Assembly: GCA_964516325.1 (NCBI GenBank)
Contig: CAZFAP010000002.1
Location: forward strand, 22,276 to 86,275
DNA length: 64,000 bases
Direction: 5' to 3'
Source of the DNA: an uncultured Verrucomicrobiota bacterium
GTDB lineage: Bacteria > Auribacterota > JABMQX01
The translations under genes were made by a program, and so were the position numbers. This document shows positions 58,186 to 64,000 of this stretch, piece by piece (the stretch's first letter is position 1; each line of letters begins with the position of its first letter). The notes beneath the pieces are model-generated. The model was not told where the DNA came from. It was given only the letters and a program-made list of their open reading frames with translations, and searched no databases.

Positions 58186-59373
58186 TCATGTTGTACCTGT
58201 CCTTGCCGCCTGCAACACTCGTTGAATGTTCGCCTGCTTGTACGCGCGGATCGCCGTTTCAATCGCCGTTGCCGATATGTTCTCTTTCAACGCCCCCGCG
58301 ATATGCTGTCGCGCTGAGGTGAGTCCCTGGACGCCCCCGCATTCGACGTACAGCGCCGCGAGCCTGTCTGGGTCTCCTTCCGGTCCGGTCGCCGTTGCTT
58401 CCCCTGGTGCTGCCAGGGAAGGGTTTCCCCCGGGGGGATGGTCTCGGTTGAGAATGGATTTCCGTAGCGAAGTTGCCGCACTCTCAAAGTCCGCCCAACT
58501 GTGCGACCGCGGAGACCTCCCCTCTTTCTGCGCCCGGCGAAGCCGTCCTTTCAGCCCCTTGAAGATACCAGCCGGATTCGTTCCGTCGCTCATGTTGAGT
58601 CGCATCTGCTGAACAATGGCCGCCCCCGTCCCGCCCAGGTCGAGGCACTCGGAAAAGACCTTCTCCAAAAAGGCGGACGTGATATGTTTTCCCTGAAAGC
58701 GAGCGTGCGGGAAGGTTTCGCGGAATAGGCGGGTGAGCAAACCCAACAAGGTAACAATGTCCGTGCCTTTGATTATCGTAGCAGGCACCTGTACCCCCAT
58801 ATCACCATCCGAAGAGGTCAAGGTCAAAGGGTCAGGAACCACTTGAGAAAAATCTTTCTTTCTGACTCTTTCTTTCTCATATTCTTGTTCCTGACTATTC
58901 TTGACCTTAATCCCGTCCGCTTTGCTTTCGGTTTGCAGTCCGCTTTCTGACTTCTCTCGTCGAGCTTTGCAGTCCGCTTCGTCATCGTTTTGCAGTCCGC
59001 TTTGACCATTTTGCAGTCCGCTTTTCGGCTCTTCTCGACGAGCTTTGCAGTCCGGTGGCGCTGCCAAAATAAACTCGCATTTCCCCCTATCCCGCCCCGT
59101 TCCCTTGTTGCCGGGCGGATGGTCATACGTCAGTAAGCCATACTGAACCGCACGCCCGATTGCGCGTTTGATCGCGGTCACGGAAAAACCCAAGTCCTTC
59201 GCTATGCGTGGAGCGGACGCCCAAACGTGAAAGGTGTTGTCCTTCCAACAGAATGAGGACGTCGCACCTCGCAAGTAAGTCCACAACATGAGAACCTTCC
59301 GATCCTTCCATAACTGGTCAGGCGTCGCATGCCAACCAGCGCCGTCATCGCTGAAGCCGTATTGCTTTTTCAT
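58186..59373 (-). CDS. Replication-initiator-like protein with N-terminal winged HTH and internal iteron repeats (lambda O-like arrangement)
   Basis: HTH segment PRIAKDLGFSVTAIKRAIGRAVQYGLLTY. A central low-complexity linker whose DNA contains five copies of TTTGCAGTCCGCTT. Acidic C-terminal domain. Confidence 0.45.
   Translation of the reverse strand: MKKQYGFSDDGAGWHATPDQLWKDRKVLMLWTYLRGATSSFCWKDNTFHVWASAPRIAKDLGFSVTAIKRAIGRAVQYGLLTYDHPPGNKGTGRDRGKCEFILAAPPDCKARREEPKSGLQNGQSGLQNDDEADCKARREKSESGLQTESKADGIKVKNSQEQEYEKERVRKKDFSQVVPDPLTLTSSDGDMGVQVPATIIKGTDIVTLLGLLTRLFRETFPHARFQGKHITSAFLEKVFSECLDLGGTGAAIVQQMRLNMSDGTNPAGIFKGLKGRLRRAQKEGRSPRSHSWADFESAATSLRKSILNRDHPPGGNPSLAAPGEATATGPEGDPDRLAALYVECGGVQGLTSARQHIAGALKENISATAIETAIRAYKQANIQRVLQAARTGTT
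58900..59030. repeat. Five direct copies of TTTGCAGTCCGCTT within ~130 bp inside the rep-like gene (putative iterons / origin)
   Basis: Copies at about 58902, 58936, 58958, 58979 and 59013. Two of them sit in a larger duplicated unit (GAGCTTTGCAGTCCG). Confidence 0.6.
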
Positions 59374-59526
59374 CCTTTAGTCACCGAGGGGACTATCCTC
59401 GACGAGAAATCTGCACTTCGCATGCGTTGCCGCCTGGGAGCGGCCCGGAGAAAATCAAAAAGCCGGACCGCCCCAAGACGGCCTTCCGTCGGAACATAGG
59501 AGGCGCGCTGCACAACATATCAAGCC

Positions 59527-60123
59527 TTAGACCTTTCGCAACCCGCCAACACCGGCTCCGTCCACGCTTATAGTCTGAACCAGGTTGGGCGGCGTTATCT
59601 CAGGCAGCCCCTGGACGTCAAACTCGTCAACGCACAATAGGGCGTAGGTGCAGATGTCCCGCCGCGACATCCCATCCTTACTGCGAAAAAGCGCGATGAC
59701 TGCCTGACGGACATCATCGCTCAATGCATGAATCATCACGTCTTCCCAATCGCGCGACGAATACATCGAATGGCCAAATTCATCGTCCCTGAAATTCCAG
59801 CCCGACAGGACGCCGATCAACGTTTCCCGCGCCCAGTTGCCGCCGTTCCTGCTCCGCCAGTTGAGCAACGCCGACTTCAATTGCTCGAGTTTCCCCGCCA
59901 CCGGGACCGCAAGAAGTCTGAGCCGATCCACTTCTGTCTTGGCTTCCCTGCTCTCCATTGCGGCGAGCATGGACGCGACAAATGCCTTATTCGCCAGCGC
60001 CTGCGCCTCGGCTCTCTCTTGCCACTGCTCAACCGCCGACTTTGCCGCCTGACCTTCTAATTCGGCATCAAAGCCCATCTTTGCCGGCTTGGGCGCCGGC
60101 GCCCCTGTCTCATTCTTTTTCAT
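59527..60123 (-). CDS. Hypothetical island protein
   Basis: RBS AAAGGTGA before MKKNETG. No recognisable domain. Confidence 0.4.
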   Translation of the reverse strand: MKKNETGAPAPKPAKMGFDAELEGQAAKSAVEQWQERAEAQALANKAFVASMLAAMESREAKTEVDRLRLLAVPVAGKLEQLKSALLNWRSRNGGNWARETLIGVLSGWNFRDDEFGHSMYSSRDWEDVMIHALSDDVRQAVIALFRSKDGMSRRDICTYALLCVDEFDVQGLPEITPPNLVQTISVDGAGVGGLRKV

Positions 60124-60313
60124 GATTCACCTTTTTTACCCTCTCCATCTCGCGCACCGCCGCCGCCGCCCTTGTGATGCACTCGCGGACCACCGCTGAC
60201 TTTGTCAACCGCCATCTGGCGCACAGAAATCGAAGCGCACCCCAAAATGGGTAGTCCGCCCTAACGCTAATACTGAGCGGGACATGGTAGTAACGCCGTC
60301 CTGATTTCGTCAT
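60110..60313 (-). CDS. Small basic hypothetical protein (possible RHH/HTH regulator)
   Basis: GGAGGT RBS 8 nt before the ATG. 67 aa. First gene leftward of the divergent control region. Confidence 0.35.
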   Translation of the reverse strand: MTKSGRRYYHVPLSISVRADYPFWGALRFLCARWRLTKSAVVRECITRAAAAVREMERVKKVNHEKE

Positions 60314-60329
60314 TTTCTTACCTCCAAAA

Positions 60330-60370
60330 AAAAGTCTTGTATTGTCGGGGACAAAGTTACTACAATACTG
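60330..60370. promoter_or_regulatory. Divergent control region with palindrome GTATTGT-N16-ACAATAC (candidate operator)
   Basis: Lies between divergently transcribed island genes (60313 leftward, 60435 rightward). Perfect 7-bp inverted arms. Confidence 0.35.
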
Positions 60371-60434
60371 CCAGGTGTCAAACTAAGCCTGAAAAACAGG
60401 CATTTCCTCGACGGCCCAGGCAGGAAGCAAAAAC

Positions 60435-61352
60435 ATGGATTTCGATTCTTATAAACACGAGCGCATGTTCTTTACATATCGCGCACGCCCTGAAAACGTG
60501 TTAGAGGACCGAACCTTGCGGCGAAGGACAACCCGACGTCGTCAAGAAATACTCAATGAACTCTGTCGAGGGAAAGAACGTCCTCATGCCCTGTGGATGC
60601 AGGCGCACTGTCGCTTCAGAGACGAATTTGATATTGACTTCGTTCCTCAACAACCAGTCCTGTGGACGCAAAGGAGCTTCGCCTTCTGGATGGGGGTGAG
60701 TCGGGAAACCGTGCGATCTTGGATTTACCGTGGACTTCTGCCTGTCGTTTTTCACAATCGCCGAAGGTGGATCAGGTTCGGAGAAGAGACCGTCGCGCTT
60801 TTAATGCGGCACGCCTACCTCCAGGAGATGGAGTCTTCGGAAGACGAGGATGACCAAAGCATATTGCGGCGATTGCGCCATGCCAAACCTTATTTCTTCC
60901 GGTTTCCCAGCTGGGTGCGGAAGGCGAGAACAAAAACGCATCCGGTCTTCGCGGCGTGGAATCGCGCGCTTCATGAAGCCAGGGAGGACCTTCAAGAAAG
61001 GTTCGCGGGAAACCCGCCTGGGGACAACTTCGCTTGGACGCTCGCTATGTATCTTTACGACGAGCCGACAGAGGGTTATTCTATCCCGGAAGATAAGCGC
61101 GCGAAGGTGGGAAAATTCTGGCGTTTTTTATGCGCATATGACCGAGCAGCCCTTTTTGAGGTGCTTTCTTGGCATAGTCAAGGAAAGAAGATTACGCCTG
61201 AGGATCCTTTCCTCGCTTGGGTTCAGCGAACTTGTTACCCTGATTTCTCCCTGACCTCACTGCGACAAAAGTACAGAACAGCCTTGAGTTTCTTAGAGCG
61301 CGAAGGGAGCAAGGCCACCGCTGCCATCAAAAAACGCTCCGAGAAAGAATGA
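60435..61352 (+). CDS. Hypothetical HTH-containing protein, rightmost gene of the element
   Basis: Segment SFAFWMGVSRETVRSWIYRGLLP is HTH-like. Arg-rich N-terminus. Transcribed divergently from the rest of the element. Confidence 0.4.
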   Translation: MDFDSYKHERMFFTYRARPENVLEDRTLRRRTTRRRQEILNELCRGKERPHALWMQAHCRFRDEFDIDFVPQQPVLWTQRSFAFWMGVSRETVRSWIYRGLLPVVFHNRRRWIRFGEETVALLMRHAYLQEMESSEDEDDQSILRRLRHAKPYFFRFPSWVRKARTKTHPVFAAWNRALHEAREDLQERFAGNPPGDNFAWTLAMYLYDEPTEGYSIPEDKRAKVGKFWRFLCAYDRAALFEVLSWHSQGKKITPEDPFLAWVQRTCYPDFSLTSLRQKYRTALSFLEREGSKATAAIKKRSEKE

Positions 61353-61901
61353 CCCGCCGCCAAAAGAAACCCCCTTTCAGTCGCCCACGCGGGCCGGTCA
61401 AGGCTCTTTCGCGGGGTCATCGAGAGGGGGCTGTCTGTCCTGACTGCCAAGTTGCCTATTTCCAGACCGTCCGAGTGCCCAACGGATTATGCAATGTCTC
61501 CGTTCGCTTCCTCCGGGGTTTGGCGTGCCGCTTCCGTTTCGATTGAGGTCTTTTCATGTTTCCTCCATCCTTCTGATTGACGTTCTGTCTGTGTTGTGAC
61601 TATATGGTGTCCAGTAGTTGCCCGTAGCAGACAGTAATGCTCGGTTAATGGTCTTCGGGTTCTCGACGGGGAAAGCCATTATCCGTGCTTGCCGCCGCTG
61701 TGCTTGTAGGGCAGTTCAAGTGCAATTTGGGCTGGGGAGGAAGTAGTCCCTCCTGGGAGGATGCTTCCGTCTGGTATGGCAATAGGACAGATTTCTGGTA
61801 GAACCTGAGAGCTGCAGAAGATAGTTTCTTTCAGAAGGCGGCGGGCCGCAAGATCGCCGGTCTCTGATCGGCCCATGACCGACAGCCGCAACGGCAGCCT
61901 G

Positions 61902-61950
61902 AAGCCCCGGGAACTTAAACAAGGGCTTTCCCGGGGCTTGCCATTTTGAG
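61902..61950 (+). terminator. Strong GC hairpin (12-bp perfect stem AAGCCCCGGGAA / TTCCCGGGGCTT, 14-nt loop) followed by a short T-run
   Basis: Perfect inverted repeat at 61902-61913 and 61928-61939, then GCCATTTTG. Lies in an ~880 bp non-coding gap with no protein gene immediately upstream. Confidence 0.4.
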
Positions 61951-62228
61951 GGCAGCGCGGGCGGTCGAGCGACCAACCGGGCACGGCTTTCGGCCGCCTC
62001 CTTTGTCGCCGAGAGCACAGGTTTCCGTGGTTCGTTCGCCATCGGGACCGGCCAATGCGGCGTTCAGGAACGGAGGAGACGCACACCCAGGCAAAATCGC
62101 TGGAATCGAGAATGGCGATGGAGTAATGTAACCGAAGGAAAGCGCTGGGCAACAGGATAACTCTTTCTTCACCCAAAAAAACTTTTTGCTTAAAGTTAAG
62201 CAAGCTGGGATACCCGCCGGAGGGAAAG

Positions 62229-63497
62229 ATGGAGGAAAGAAGTCGAAGCAGGCAAGGCGACACAAGGCATTCGCGACGAGAGTTTTTGCAGGTAGCTGCG
62301 GTTGGTGCGATTGGGTCGCTGGCAGCATCGGTGGCGGGGAGCGAGAAAACCGAGATGCACGCGGAGAAGGCATCAAGAATGAAGATCGAACGGATCGAGG
62401 TCTTTCCCGTCCGGTATCCGACCGTCGGATATTTCAAGTTCTTCGAGGGACCGCCGGGGACGCCGCCCGGCAGACCGGCAGTTCTCGTGAAGATCACGTC
62501 CGATGATGGCACGGTGGGCTGGGGAGAAAGCGTGCCGATTCCGAAGTGGAGCTACGAGACGCTGGAGTCGGTAACCAGCACGATCGAGGAATATCTGAAG
62601 CCCGCTCTGCTTGGCCGCGATCCTTTCGATCTGGTGGGAGCGCATCACGCGATGAATGCGGCGATAGCTCCCTCATTCTCCACGGGTTCGCCGATTGCCA
62701 AATCGGGAATAGATATGGCGCTGCACGACCTGGTGGGCAAGGCGTCTGGGCTATCGTTGGCGGAACGCTGGGGCTGCCCTGCGGGCCGCAAAATCACGCT
62801 GAGTTGGACGGTCAATCCGCGAACCCTCGACGAGACGGAGAAGCTGATTGAAGAAGGAAAGAAACGCGGCTACCGGAACTTCAATGTGAAAGTCGCCCCG
62901 GACCCGGCGTTCGATGTCGAGTTGTGCAGGATTGTGAAGAAGGCGGCGCCGGAGGGGTTCCTCTGGGCGGACGCGAACGGTGGGTATGATCTGGCGACGG
63001 CCATGGCGGTTGCCCCGAAGCTGGCGGAGACCGGTGTTTCAGTTCTCGAGCAGCCGCTGCGGGCGAATCGCCTCACGGGATACCGCGAGTTGAAGAAACA
63101 GGGAGCGCTGCCGATTATCCTGGACGAGGGGGTGGTCTCGCCCGCAGACCTTATCGAATTCATTCGCCTCGACCTTCTCGACGGAGTGGCAATGAAGCCG
63201 GCAAGGTGCGGCGGGCTGCTTCCGGCGAGGAGGCAGGTGGAAATTCTGATGGATGCGGGCTTAATGTTTCTCGGGAGCGGGTTGACGGACCCGGATGTAT
63301 CGCTGGCGGCGAGCCTCTGTTTGTATGGCGCGTATGGTCTGCGTTTTCCGGCGGCCTTGAACGGACCGCAATTTCTGGCTGAAAGCGTCATCAAAAAGCC
63401 ATTCAAGCCGGTCAACGGCGAGCTTGAGGCGCCAACCGGCGCGGGACTCGGAATCGAAGTGGATGAGGAGAAAGTCAAAAGGCTACTTGCTGGTTGA
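62229..63497 (+). CDS. Enolase-superfamily enzyme (mandelate racemase/muconate-lactonizing / dipeptide-epimerase-like) with Tat signal
   Basis: RREFLQVAAVGAIGSLAASVAG RR signal. Capping domain followed by a barrel with KVAPDP (Lys base), DANGGYD, LEQP and ILDEG metal-ligand motifs. GGAGGG RBS. Confidence 0.65.
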   Translation: MEERSRSRQGDTRHSRREFLQVAAVGAIGSLAASVAGSEKTEMHAEKASRMKIERIEVFPVRYPTVGYFKFFEGPPGTPPGRPAVLVKITSDDGTVGWGESVPIPKWSYETLESVTSTIEEYLKPALLGRDPFDLVGAHHAMNAAIAPSFSTGSPIAKSGIDMALHDLVGKASGLSLAERWGCPAGRKITLSWTVNPRTLDETEKLIEEGKKRGYRNFNVKVAPDPAFDVELCRIVKKAAPEGFLWADANGGYDLATAMAVAPKLAETGVSVLEQPLRANRLTGYRELKKQGALPIILDEGVVSPADLIEFIRLDLLDGVAMKPARCGGLLPARRQVEILMDAGLMFLGSGLTDPDVSLAASLCLYGAYGLRFPAALNGPQFLAESVIKKPFKPVNGELEAPTGAGLGIEVDEEKVKRLLAG

Positions 63498-63548
63498 TTG
63501 GCAAACCGCAGAGGACGCAACGCCTCGACGGACAGGGAGGGAAATGAA

Positions 63549-64000
63549 ATGATGCATGACAAGCTCAACAGGCGAGATTTTCTTTCGATGGCCAGCGCCG
63601 GAGCAGCGGGCGCGACACTCCTTGGGATAGGGTCCCATGGGGGACACGCGCTCGCCGCGAACGACCGGATTTCGATAGGGGTGATCGGCGCCGGCGGGCG
63701 AGGAGAATACCTCCTGGGGGAGGTCAAGAACGTTGCGGAAAGGCACAACGTGGAAATCACGACAATCTGCGACGTGTGGCGGCTCAACCGGGAGCGGATG
63801 GCAGCGAGGGTGAAAAGCTGGACGGGGCAAGAGCCGAAGACGTTTTCCCGACACGCGGACGTACTGGCGCTGAAAGATGTGGATGCGGTGATCATAGCCA
63901 CGCCGGACTTTCAGCACAGCCGGATTCTCGCGGATGCGGCGCGGGCGGGCAAGGACGCCTATTGCGAAAAACCGATGGCGAGTAATATGCGGGACGCGAG
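63549..64000 (+). CDS. Gfo/Idh/MocA-family oxidoreductase, Tat-exported (5' part; runs off window end)
   Basis: MMHDKLNRRDFLSMASAGAAGATLLG RR signal. IGVIGAGGRG and CEKPMASN motifs. Not in the ORF track because it has no stop within the window. Confidence 0.75.
   Translation, partial: MMHDKLNRRDFLSMASAGAAGATLLGIGSHGGHALAANDRISIGVIGAGGRGEYLLGEVKNVAERHNVEITTICDVWRLNRERMAARVKSWTGQEPKTFSRHADVLALKDVDAVIIATPDFQHSRILADAARAGKDAYCEKPMASNMRDA

Larger units (their letters stand above)
53254..61400. mobile_element. Integrase-bounded ~8 kb integrative element (satellite/PICI-like or defective prophage)
   Basis: int, xis, an iteron-bearing rep-like gene, a DUF5681 gene and small regulators. Almost all leftward-oriented, with strong AGGAGG-type RBSs. 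No capsid/tail/portal/large-terminase genes. Inserted immediately after the stop of the peptidase gene. Right boundary is approximate. Confidence 0.6.

Noticed and set aside
61600-62100. Possible tmRNA or tRNA serving as the element's integration site
   Set aside because: A GGUUCUCGACGGGG box loosely resembles the tmRNA 5' region, but there is no GGGG 5' end, no tRNA-like 3' end (T-arm / CCA) and no tag ORF ending in Ala-Ala. No cloverleaf could be folded by eye anywhere near either element end.
61679-62512. Minus-strand ORF 61679..62512 (277 aa) in the gene-free gap
   Set aside because: Pro/Arg/Ser-rich, no RBS, and it overlaps the well-supported plus-strand enolase gene start. Treated as noise.
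62870-63901. Minus-strand ORFs 62870..63901 and 63483..63917
   Set aside because: Antisense to the enolase-superfamily gene and the terminal Gfo/Idh/MocA gene.
1-64000. CRISPR arrays, rRNA genes
   Set aside because: No regularly spaced short repeats were seen. The only tandem repeat is the iteron set at 58.9-59.0 kb. No rRNA-like conserved blocks.

Overview
High-GC (~62%) chromosomal window from a polysaccharide-degrading bacterium. The gene content most resembles the PVC superphylum (Planctomycetota, Verrucomicrobiota, Kiritimatiellota) or similar, but the taxon cannot be fixed from sequence alone.

Main content:
- A dense carbohydrate-catabolism neighbourhood: eight Gfo/Idh/MocA oxidoreductases (six with twin-arginine signal peptides), several glycoside hydrolases (GH5-, GH2-, GH36-like, DUF4038/GH140-like, GHL-type), a formylglycine sulfatase, two L-fucose-isomerase-family proteins, two neutral-ceramidase paralogs, a DegT aminotransferase, an SDR, an amidohydrolase and a Tat-signal enolase-superfamily protein.
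- A corrinoid-protein / URO-D-like methyltransferase pair.
- A TMTC-like (GT-C + TPR) membrane protein in a convergent cluster with a PD40 propeller protein and a GH2.
- A 1311-aa secreted giant protein next to a papain-fold (C10-like) cysteine peptidase.

Two accessory insertions stand out:
(i) A 1.5-kb islet with its own promoter. It encodes an Hjc-like PD-(D/E)XK nuclease-fold protein followed by an overlapping MntA (nucleotidyltransferase) / HepT (HEPN) toxin-antitoxin pair.
(ii) An ~8-kb integrase-bounded element (53.3-61.4 kb). It carries an excisionase, a lambda-O-like replication protein with five internal iteron repeats and a DUF5681-type protein. It has no virion structural genes, giving a phage-satellite/PICI-like architecture.

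Also present:
- A PEP carboxykinase (ATP) gene running off the left edge, absent from the ORF track.
- A decayed IS4-family transposase relic beside it.

Many long ORFs in the supplied track are antisense artefacts typical of high-GC DNA and are not reported as genes. No rRNA, tRNA or CRISPR array could be supported.
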